This document shows positions 34,501-46,200 of a stretch of DNA of 64,000 nt, piece by piece. The translations under genes and the position numbers were made by a program. The notes beneath the pieces are model-generated. The model searched no databases and had not been told where the DNA came from. It saw only the letters and a program-made list of their open reading frames with translations. This stretch comes from Macrostomum lignano. Its lineage: Eukaryota. Location of the stretch: the NCBI GenBank assembly GCA_002269645.1, contig NIVC01003730.1, positions 1-64,000 on the forward strand, in the 5' to 3' direction. Positions within the stretch are counted from its first letter, which is position 1. Each line of letters starts with the position of its first letter.

Positions 34501-34605
34501 CCGGTCGTATATGGCATCGTATGTTGCACCGTTTAGACAGGGGAAACCAGTTCCTTTGTGGAACAGGGCCAGCGTTAGTAAGAGTGCTATACTGTTTGCG
34601 GTCAT
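31546..34605 (-). CDS. Secreted VWDE-like protein (signal peptide, EGF, D8C/UMOD-like, degenerate vWD, EGF, IPT-like); 1019-aa ORF, may splice onward at 31563
   Basis: Hydrophobic N-terminus. EGF CLNGATY...CECTPNYFGYRC; DPC...WYRV...CGG...C D8C-like block; FSDPFVKPVGG resembles the vWD GDPH start; CPNDCGKNGLCVAGACECRLGFTGRGC EGF. Confidence 0.7.
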   Translation of the reverse strand: MTANSIALLLTLALFHKGTGFPCLNGATYDAIYDRCECTPNYFGYRCETAFASHDPCQRQSELPVIEDLEGKHRPGAGRNSTSSSSMRQPASELFSTIKPQWYRVQSPWGNRMVEGCSSGVKDSDCGGRAAYVLHDVVVEKKSKSRSLSRARAYRVWSQLRTCHLADETFYPVRILKCTQSVTLYFLLPLPKTHSYCIGDEADPSENILIPKKPILQLHNDYGDERFTCGVYGSQYKSRYTIRFVLTGRDGDQKSIKRCNVKEHDIPPNCEGNCTFNCPWYHIAKPGENIYGSNIVCTVKPVNLSVPEVSSNIHSFTFFINFTHGEHTIRPGKPVELCISTRNIPTTQKITFSVSVARKIRYRKDRTDIAVLSNNKNSNESVCEFASSNSRSRLQRKVCMKLVLYNQDHEGKFVFGLKKSEQLSEARINISYKSSADGIFTRNGNSNVPSLLAFERFESLHLKVDLRTLASGPQNYLHIFSDPFVKPVGGIYKENSTYVLRAKRGESDVYVAMRNKVLPYEVQVLITRPQSVVQDGPDESVVTRVAVRYNYMTIIISGNANENNGELTHRVHCKAPNGSKTLNEDTMRADSLCDVRRNVNKIDSTLDVVRIHLQFYGTIIYAWKFRAHLEAKSSCAHRFIMSLREMRNRACRGGVHPVGDRKEFALDVTVIPSMYDIPGNVDGLMYATSQSEAVKYIVKRPSENLFSSKYTHAARKAKSQDLIDQPFEIMKICHCENVEKQSAKSGCLVDVTNIERTKREIPITARVEEKNHIPTAADPQVMNETFSSVKNKISSKEAQQFCSDFLSVQMVLRNYSLSLCSGHSDHQIGANYAAQFEFLCIRYALTLNTYQFAETLLNSMLDVCRKDIGYNASEVRSNSRVLKDLERDICPNDCGKNGLCVAGACECRLGFTGRGCENRTEQLEAIPTTISIPNQHFVCASENCSSTLLLVSPMLKSTKADCLIRQVVPSAEERPAKQSWKVAAVFATGSVMVCNLTDIHSWLKTENRLYAAIEVSRYR

Positions 34606-35371
34606 TTAGTCCGCTTGTTGAAAGAATTTTATCTTTAAAAAGATTGGTATCATAGCTGCAAGGTGTTTTTATCCAGATTATATAGCTGCTGTGGTTACGA
34701 ACAGACTATACTACAGACTAGGTTGAGGGTTGAGTGGCATAAACTAAAGTTCTCTTTTTCTTTGCTGTTCTTTTCAATGCGAAGTTGCCTGCGCAGGCAG
34801 TTCTCTTTCTAATGTACGTTTTAGTGAGCTCACAAAAGCGTAGTAATATATTGTCAATTGGCCAACATATTTGAAGAATAACGTTAACGTACTCACGCAT
34901 TTGTACGTGTTTTGGAATTTCGTTTTTTTCGAAACTGAAGTTCTTTCTTTTAAATAATGGTTATGATGTGATATTTATATGCAGTGGTATATTTTTGGAA
35001 TTATTTTAGTGGAAAAAAGACCTGCACTCTGTCTTGCGTACTGTTATGGAGAACTGTTTTGTCATCTTTAAAAATATTTTCAACGCTCCGTTGTTTTCTA
35101 AAATGTGGAAGTTCGCATTTGTTGTGCCCGGGTCTCTGGCTCTCGGTCAAGTGTGCCCGGCACTGCACTCCCACCCCCCGGCCGCGTGCCTGCGCCAACC
35201 CCCCATTCTGTCTGCGTCAACCCCCCCTCCAGTTGCACCCACCCCACTGCCTGTTAGGCCAGCCGGCTTTGGCTGGCTGCGGCCCCAGTGCGCCCCCTCT
35301 CTCGCCCTGCGATTGGCTGGTGGTCCAGCCAATCGGTATGTTTCCTCTCCCCTCCAATCGCGACCCCGACT

Positions 35372-36303
35372 TGTAACTTTTTCCTTGTTGGATAAGACGA
35401 TCGTAATTTTGGCTAGCTAGGCCTGGGGTAGCGATACCCCAGGGCTTAACCAGCTGATGTGTTCCTTATTACAGAGACCTTTCTCTGTAATCAAAGAACA
35501 CTCACTTCTAGCTCTGTAGCTAGGAAACCCAGTAAGTCAACTTCAGGTACTCAATTACCTTAAATCCGGTTGAGCTGTTCTCTTCCTCGTGTAGTTCTCG
35601 CAATAGGTCTCTCAGTGGATCCGTAGGTCTCGCTTATTCTCGTTGCTCTGGTCCGATTTCTTCTTTGTTTCTCGCCGGCCGGTATCTATCGTTCGGACCA
35701 ATGGGAAGCTTCCAATTACAATGGGTACCCTGCGCCAACTGTGGTTTTAATTAAGCCTTCTTCTTCTAGCAGTGCCTCTATGCACTCTAGGTATAGCTCC
35801 GGTATTCTCTAGTAGATCCTCTAAGACCGTAGTCCTTCGGGCGACTACAGCCAATGGAGTCTCAAAGGGACTCAAGAGTCTCAACAGACTCTAACACTAT
35901 ATCACAAGTGAGTCGACTCAACAACAACTGGCGCAAATAAGAAAGGCTTACCGCAAGTCACTCGACCGAGTCTCGAGTTGATCTAGGAAGTCTTGGCTAA
36001 AGCTTCCTCTTCGGAGCTGCTCCTTCTGGAGTCCAAAATCTGAAGCTCCGGTCCGCTCCGGACCACTTGTATTTATAGGCAAACGGACCCCACATGAGGC
36101 CACGTGAGTTCAACTTCTCAACTGTCAAAAGGTCACGGATTGGTTGCTGTCAAACATGGCAGGTTAGAAAGCTACACCATTGGTTTAGTGTAAAAACGCA
36201 TTATCGCATTTGAGTTATTTTTAGCTACATTTGGTTGGTTCACATGAGTACGGCTGAATGATGCATCTCACCTGGGGTTTGAGTCTGACAAATGCGGGTT
36301 ACA
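35372..36303 (-). mobile_element. Possible solo LTR
   Basis: TGTAAC...GTTACA ends; minus-strand TATAAATA at 36070-36077 with several CCAAT boxes upstream. No TSD found. Confidence 0.35.
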
Positions 36304-38261
36304 CGTGATTGGGTGATTTCTAAATTTAGCATGCTCGAGATTTCTCTCTTCCTATTGGTTAATCAGAATATAACGTATAGTTCAAAGCATACCTTTATAC
36401 ATGTTCTTCATTTTACTACTATGCAAGTAGTACGTTAGCCATTTTTTTATGATTTTTGCAGGAGGTAGAACACTCGACACAGCTAGCACAAATATAAATA
36501 TATGCAGGGGCAGTAGGGGAGGCATCGCTTTCCTTGGTTGAATTGTGCAAGTCACAGCCATAAGTCTAATACTGCAATCTACATGTAGATACCTGTCTAT
36601 TCTATAGACTGAAGAGAGAACATTGAGAGAAGCCACCCCTGCTGCCGCCACCGCTGTTACCCGAAGAAACAGAGTGAGTCGAGTGGCTTTCTTATTTGAG
36701 GGACTGGTGGGAATTAATCTGTGCAATGGGGACGGACTGATTAAGTCTCCTGACGCGATCCCCCGCTCAGAGTCCGAAGTCAGTCCGGCCAGTTGACTGA
36801 CGCCATATTCGGCTCGTTCACTGTGATAGTCAGGGTAGTGATCCGGCCTGTAGCACAACACGTTCAATGTGATGAAAAAACTCACGGGTTTGTACTAGTA
36901 TAGTTTTTCTATTAGAATTAACACAGAAATAGTCGAAAATGATAAATCCAAGTTTAAAATTCGGATCTGCACAACCAGTTTCTGTGGTTCGAATGAGTGT
37001 GTGTGTGAAATGAGCCGTGTGATCACGTATGGCTCGTACGTGTAAAATTTGTCTCAACTGATGTCGGTGTGAACCAGTTTTTAGTCTAAAATATATTGGC
37101 ACCTCTGACACTTACACAGCCACCAGTGAAGGCACCTGTAGCGCATCCAAGGGGAAGAGGCAAGTAAGGCTGGACCACTATAATTATGTCACTTAGACCC
37201 CTTTTTGTCAGACAATTTGTCTTCATAAGTTATTTCCTGAGTCCAATCCTGACCCCATAAAGAACACTAACCATTTTACTATAGCTTTTAAACTTCTATG
37301 CAAAAAATACATCTGTGCCATATGCCATATGCCATTCTAGCTACTTTTTAGTAAGCGAGCTGTAATATTCTTGTCGCAAAAGAAGTTTAATTAGTTTTCC
37401 AGTGTATGCGCAACCTGATGATGTCTGTCTACTCGTAATTGAGCTTGAGTAAGTATCTGCTCCTGTGCGTGCTCATGTGTCTTCGAAAAGGCCCTTTTAA
37501 AAGTAGCGAAAAGGCTACTTGCGTGCCCAGCGCGCGATGGTAAAATTTGCATCAGAAACTGCGTATTAAAAAACACACCAGTTACTCTCATCGGATCTAC
37601 CCAGCGGCATTTTCTGCTGCGTCATTTGCAGGGACAGAGAGTTTTCATAAGAAAACTATTCAATTCTGAGCAAGAAAAGGGACAAACACAGCTAAAGTGT
37701 TCGAACTACAGTTTTGGTTGCCCTAGAGACCTAGTGACGAGTGTTGAAAAAGCCTATAGACTGTCTTTTCTCTCTTTTCTCTGTCTGTCAGACCCACGAC
37801 AGTCTGCATGCGACTCTCTTTTCTCTCTCTTTGCTAGCGCCAAGCCAAATTCGGTTTTGAATAGAATAAATTTGGTCCAAATATCTTCTGCATGGTCTTT
37901 GCGACGACCGCTCAACAATGATAAAGAGCCGCTTGAGTCGCCTCTGCAGCAGTTTGCTTTCAAGTCATGCTTGGCTGAGCCACAATAGAGATAAGCAATG
38001 CCTATGCAGCCCTCCCTCTCCGCTGCATTCTTCTATTCTTGAGGCGGAGAGCTGAGCTCTTTGCACGTTATTAGCTTGAGTAGTTTCCGTTGCTAAGCAA
38101 ACTCAGGAGAGCGCTGCCCTACTGTGGGTGGGTGGGTCAAACCTCTGTAGGCACTATAGGCGCAGTTTAAGATGCAGTAAACTTGTGGAGGGGGTTGCGG
38201 CACACAGCTTGGCAACCACCTCGGCGACCCAGCAACCTGACCCCCCCCTCCGTGCCGTCCC

Positions 38262-38300
38262 TATTTAACCCTCTCCCTCGCCCGCGCTCCGAGCCCTCTT
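38262..38300 (+). promoter_or_regulatory. TATA-like box and Inr-like element of alpha-tubulin
   Basis: TATTTAA at 38262-38268 is followed about 30 nt later by cttcattgc, about 85 nt upstream of the ATG. Confidence 0.5.
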
Positions 38301-38381
38301 CATTGCTACACAGAGACTCCGTCAGTTTCTCTCAAGCCGAAACAGCAGCCTACCCCTCACTTCGCTTTCGAAGCCTTCAAC

Positions 38382-39817
<1,436 letters not shown>

Positions 39818-40244
39818 GCCGGATCTTGACAAAACCAACAGATCGACTTTATTCCAACTCGAAAAATTCAAGCTAAATTGAACTTTTTTGATAAAACATT
39901 CAAAACTTAACAACACCTACTTTACAAATCAAATTTCAACGCTCAAACCAATCAAGTAGTGTTAGTAATTCTATTTGCAGTTCAGATCTTTTAGTTTTAT
40001 TGTAAGGCGAAAAATTGCCAAATAAAATAACAGTTCTTTTCAGCAGATTCACCTACTATTATGAGCAGTTAAACAAATAAACAACGATTACCCAGTTAGT
40101 GCTTTTTACCAACTTTTGGAGAATATAAAAATTCTAAGATTCTTTCCGTATTTTCTTCATTTAATCATTTTCTATAGTTGTAACGCTTTGGCCAGATTAT
40201 ACCTGAACCACAAATTCTTTCTAAGAAATCAATTTACAAATCCG

Positions 40245-43200
40245 CTACGGAGCTTCCAGCCAAAGCCGCAGGAAATATTTGTCTCGCTCCTTCTCGGTTC
40301 GGACAAACTCGTGTGGGATTGGTGGCAGAGTTCGCTCGACCTCCTTCACCGCACTGTAGGGACACCCTGTAAGCGGGGTGACAGGGGAAACACTGGAGTA
40401 GCAAGGGGAGACGCTGGAGTAGCAAGGGGAGACATTGGAGTAGCAAGGGGAGACACTGGAGTAGCAAGGGGAGACACTGGAGTAGCAAGGGGAGACACTG
40501 GAGTAGCAAGGGGAGACACTGGAGTAGCAAGGGGAGACGCTGGAGTAGCAAGGGGAGACGCTGGAGTAACAAGGGGAGACGCTGGAGTAAGCGAGGGAAG
40601 ACACTGGGGTAGCAAGGGGAGACACTGGGGTAACAGGGGAGGCAGTGGGGTGTCAGAGGAGGTAGTGGGGTGTCAGAGGAGGCAGTGGGGTGTCAGAGGA
40701 GGCAGTGGGGTGTCAGAGGAGGCAGTGGGGTGTCAGAGGAGGCAGTGGGGTAGCAGAGGAGGCAGTGGGGTAGCAGAGGAGGCAGTGGGGTAGCAGAGGA
40801 GGCAGTGGGGTAGCAGAGGAGGCAGTGGGGTAGCAGAGGAGGCAGTGGGGTAGCAGAGGAGGCAGTGGGGTAGCAGAGGAGGCAGTGGGGTAGCAGAGGA
40901 GGCAGTGGGGTAGCAGAGGAGGCAGTGGGGTAGCAGAGGAGGCAGTGGGGTAGCAGAGGAGGCAGTGGGGTAGCAGAGGAGGCAGTGGGGTAGCAGAGGA
41001 GGCAGTGGGGTAGCAGAGGAGGCAGTGGGTGTCGGATAAATTTCGTACAGAAATTACCTGTTGGCTCCGCAGGCCCAGTCGTTGCGTTGCCCCTGTAAAA
41101 CGGCAGCTCGACATTTTCGTAAACATCTCGAACATACTTATCCTCATCAAAGGGTATTTTCTGCAAAAGAAAGAATTCTATCAATATATCATTGTGATTG
41201 ATAACAACTGTGAGCAGATTGATAACAACTGTGAGCAGATTGATAACAACTGTGAGCAGATTGATAACAACTGTGAGCAGATTGATAACAACTGTGAGCA
41301 GATTGATAACAACTGTGAGCAGATTGATAACAACTGTGAGCAGATTGATAACAACTGTGAGCAGATTGATAACAACTGTGAGTAGATTGATAACAACTGT
41401 GAGCAGATTGATAACAACTGTGAGCAGATTGGTAACAACTGTGAGCAGATTGATAACAACTGTGAGCAGATTGATAACAACTGAGAGTAGATTGATAACA
41501 GCTGTGAGTATGTGAGTCGATTGATAACCACTGTGAGTAGATTGATAACACCTGTACTGAGTATGTGAGTAGATTGATAACACCTGTAAGTAGATTGATA
41601 ACACCTGTACTGAGTATGTGAGCAGATTGATAACAACTGTAAGTAGATTGATAACACCTGTACTGAGTATGTGAGCAGATTGATAACAACTGTGAGCAGA
41701 TTGATAACACCTGTACTGAGTATGTGAGTAGATTGATAACAACTGTGAGCAGATTGATAACACCTGTACTGAGTATGTGAGTAGATTGATAACAACTGTG
41801 AGCAGATTGATAACACCTGTACTGAGTATGTGAGTAGATTGATAACAACTGTGAGCAGATTGATAACACCTGTACTGAGTATGTGAGTAGATTGATAACA
41901 ACTGTGAGCAGATTGATAAAAATTGTGAGCAGATTGATAACAATTGTGAGTAGATTGATAAAAATTGTGAGTAGATTGATAAAAATTGTGAGTAGATTGA
42001 TAAAAATTGTGAGTAGATTGATAAAAATTGTGAGTAGATTGACAGCGGCACTGTCCCTTCAGTTTCGCAGCATAAGGACCAATCCCAAAAGCAATTTCTG
42101 CCACGGGAAAATCAGCAGGTAAATATCGAGTAAGAACAAACTTTGCAATCATTTATTTGTCTCCAATTTTTTTTGCGTCACCCACCTGTCTGATTGCGGT
42201 GGCGAGCTGGTGTAGAAACAGCGCCCATCTGGGCCTGTAGTAGCCAGCCAGCAGGCCGCTGTACATCCTGGCCGCGTAGTCCTGTATGGTGTTCGGCCCG
42301 GGACCCCAGCACGTCAGCTGATTTCGAATATTGAACTCGTACAGGCCAATCTCCGAGGGGCTGGCGGCGAATGACTTGGCGCTGTTGATGAGTCTCTGCA
42401 GCAGGAAGCGCTCGTCAGTCTGCAGCAGCTTCTCCATGCGGTCAAGAAGTCCCAGCATTGTTGCGCCCGAAGCCCTGGTTGGAAACGGTTGGTGACTGGA
42501 AACTTCATTACACACCGTTAATGTCACCTTCTACAGTCCTTCACTAACTGACTTACTCAACGGCTGTTGCATTCTCAGTGTGAGCAGCCTGTTTGAGCAC
42601 AGTGTAGTACTGGTGAAACCGAATCTGCAGCATCTGTCTTGTGAGGTCCACTTGGTCGTAGCTGGGCGGAGGGAGTTTGCGGATCCAATAACTTTCATGA
42701 CGCCTGCAGTTCACAGATAAACCTGTCCCACCGACTCACTTCAGCATCGCATTGTCGGACTGATTCGTCGCGATCAGCAGTCTCCAAGCGGACTCAACCA
42801 GAGTGACATTGTAGTTCGCGTTCTCGCTTAGAGATAAGGACGGACGAAGCACCAGGACAGGGGTCAGCATGCCAGTATGCGGCGTGTTGTATACTGTGGA
42901 CTGGTGGAGTGCATGCAGGCTGTCAGTAATGCAAAAGGTTCAGTTTACATTTTACAAACAATGAGAATGCCGAGATGGATATGCAATGTAGATAGATCCA
43001 AGATAGATCCAAGATAGATCCAAGATAGATCCAAGATAGATCCAAGATAGATCTAAGATAGATCCAAAATAGATCTAAGATAGATCTAAGATAGATTCAA
43101 GATAGATCCAAGATAGATCCAAGATAGATCCAAGATAGATCCAAGATAGATCCAAGATAGATCCAGTATCAAAGATATCAGTATCAGTATCCAGTATCAA

Positions 43201-46200
43201 AGATATATATATATATATATAAGGCAGATGACAATGACGATGGACAAATGACAGTGGACACAATACTGCAGTAGACACATGAAAGTGGACACATGACAGC
43301 GGACACGTGACTGCAGTAGACAGATAACAATGGGCACATGGCAATGGACACAGCCGTAGACACATGACAGTGGAAACATAACAGTCGACACACAACAGTG
43401 GACACATGACAGTGGACACATGACAGTGGACACATGACAGTGGACACATGACAGTCGAAACATAACAGTCGACACACAACAGTGGACACATGACAGTGGA
43501 CACATGAACAGTGGACACATGACAGTGGACACATGACAGTGGACACATGACAGTCGACACATGACAGTGGACAAATGATAGTGGACACAATACTGCAGTA
43601 GATAGACGAAAGTGGACACATGACAGTGGACACATGACAGTAGACACATGACAGTGGACACATTGCAGCAGACAGATGACAGTGGACACATGACAGTGGA
43701 CAAATGACAGTGGACACATGACAGTGGACAAATGACAGCGGACACAATACTGCAGTAGACAGACGAAAGTGGACACATGACAGTGGACACATGACAGTGG
43801 ACACATGACAGTGGACACATGACAGTAGACACATGACAGTGGACACATGACAGTGGACACATGACAGTGGACACATGAACAGTGGACACATGACAGTGGA
43901 CACATGACAGAGGACACATGACAGTCGACACATGACAGTGGACAAATGGTAGTGGACACAATACTGCAGTAGATAGACGAAAGTGGACACATGACAGTGG
44001 ACACATGACAGTAGACACATGACAGTGGACACATTGCAGTAGACAGATGACAGTGGACACATGACAGTGGACAAATGACAGTGGACACAATACTGCAGTA
44101 GACAGACGAAAGTGGACACATGACAGTGGACACATGACAGTGGACACATGACAGTGGACACATGACAGTGGACACATGACAGTGGACACATGACAGTGGA
44201 CACATGACAGTGGACACATGACAGTGGACACATGACAGTGGACACATGACAGTGGACACATGACAGTGGACACATGACAGTGGACACATGACAGTGGACA
44301 CATGACAGTGGACACATGACAGTGGACACATGACAGTGGACACATGACAGTGGACACATGACAGTGGACACATGACAGTGGACACATATTGCAGCAGACA
44401 GATGACAGTGGACACCTGACAGTGGACAAATGACAGTGGACAAATGACAGTGGACAAATGACAGTGGACAAATGACAGTGGACAAATGACAGTGGACAAA
44501 TGACAGTGGACAAATGACAGTGGACAAATGACAGTGGACAAATGACAGTGGACAAATGACAGTGGACAAATGACAGTGGACAAATGACAGTGGACAAATG
44601 ACAGTGGACAAATGACAGTGGACACAATACTGCAGTAGACAGACGAAAGTGCACACATGACAGTAGGCAAATCAAAGCGGTGAGTGAAGCTTGCGCAGAC
44701 TTCAATCTGCAAATTTGATAAAAAGGCTTCAACCAACGCTGCTGCAGCCTCACCAACAGTCCCTCCCACGCATCCAGCAGGTTGCGATCTGGACGCCCGT
44801 ACCGCCGCCTTGCGTAGTCTCGGATCCACTCAGCCAGCGACTCCGGCTGCTCGGCCCTCCAGTTGAACTCCATCACCAGCTCGTACACAACTTCGTTCTG
44901 CCCGATTCCTTCCGGCTGGATTCCTGTGCCGAGCATGTTTCCAGGGAACTGACGCCGCAGGCCAAAGGGCCCGTGCTGGCCAAAGTTTTGCAGCTGGCCG
45001 TACATGGCGTTGTTACCGCCAAAGTTGTGCAGGGCTGTCCACACGAAATTGTGTCCGAAGAAGCCGTCCAACTGTTGGGCCAGGTTGACCGTTTCGCCCC
45101 ACAGCTCCATCACTAGTAGATGAGTCTGCATTGAGTAGGGCAGGCACTTGACAGATCAGTGACACATTGAGTCAAAAGTCGAATTGTTAAACCGCTCACC
45201 ATGTTGATGGGCTCAAAGAACGCCTTGGCCCGATTGATCGTCCAAAAGTCGGCGGCGTTATTTAAAAACCAGCTTTGCAAGACCCTGGGATATGGCCAAG
45301 TAAAAAAGAGTCTTTTCTCAGTCGATGACCGCAGCGGCTTCTCTATCGACGTGAAAGACTTACCAAACGCCCTGGAGATCGGCACGTAAAAATCCATTAA
45401 GAATTGCAGCGCTGACCGCCCTGATGTAGGCCGGGTCACTGAAGAGAGTTGCCGGGAGAAACAATTAATTATCTATAATGAGCGCTCTGTTGCTTGTAGG
45501 GGTGTTCGGGCTTCCATTTTTCCGGGTTTGGGGTTTACCTCGAACCCGACCCCGAACTTTCCCTGAAAGGAGAACACTTCATCTCAGGCTTTCTACGAGC
45601 TATTGTGCTTTTTCCACGAGTGACGACTGAAGGGAGTTACTCGTCCTGAGGTACATCTAGTAGTCTACGCTCGTACTCATTTGCAGTCCTGGCTCCTGAA
45701 CTCCTATTTATAGTCATCGGCTAGCAATCTCAAGTCTTCACTCCTCTCCTCCCTATAATTTGACTCCTCATTCTTAAGATCTTAGCATTGACTTTAACAT
45801 CCACTTATCCAACTGTTTGCCAACTTGGGTTCAAGCTGTCATTGTTAGCGCAACATTCGAGTGTAGCTTAATGAAGAATTGGAAAATAAAGGTTGAACAC
45901 CCTTGAATTTTTAATTAAAAACTTTTGCATCTACCGCAAAAACAAAAATAAAGTGATTTTTTAAATCCACAAGCATAGTCCAGCGGCCAGCCGGAATGCA
46001 TAGATTCATAGATTTCATCCGTAGAACCATACGTTTGTAATTGAAAACTTAAATTCAAGCATTATTTATTTCGGTTTTTCGAAGTTTAAATTTTCGCCTT
46101 TTTATACTTAAAAAGCGTTACATAACGACAGTAGGAGAAATCTATTTTTAAAATAGCTAAAGTCTTCTTTCCTTTGAACCCGAAAATCCCGAAAACCCGA

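Noticed and set aside
36382-36885. 167-aa minus-strand ORF, and similar short ORFs at 49193-49465, 55692-55913 and 61101-61289
   Set aside because: No motifs, no host-like codon bias and no convincing splice partners.
43075-44829. Long Cys/His-rich ORFs in three frames (metallothionein- or keratin-like)
   Set aside because: The stop-free 14-bp array lies inside NAGLU intron 9; a good donor at 44753 and acceptor at 42901 exclude it.
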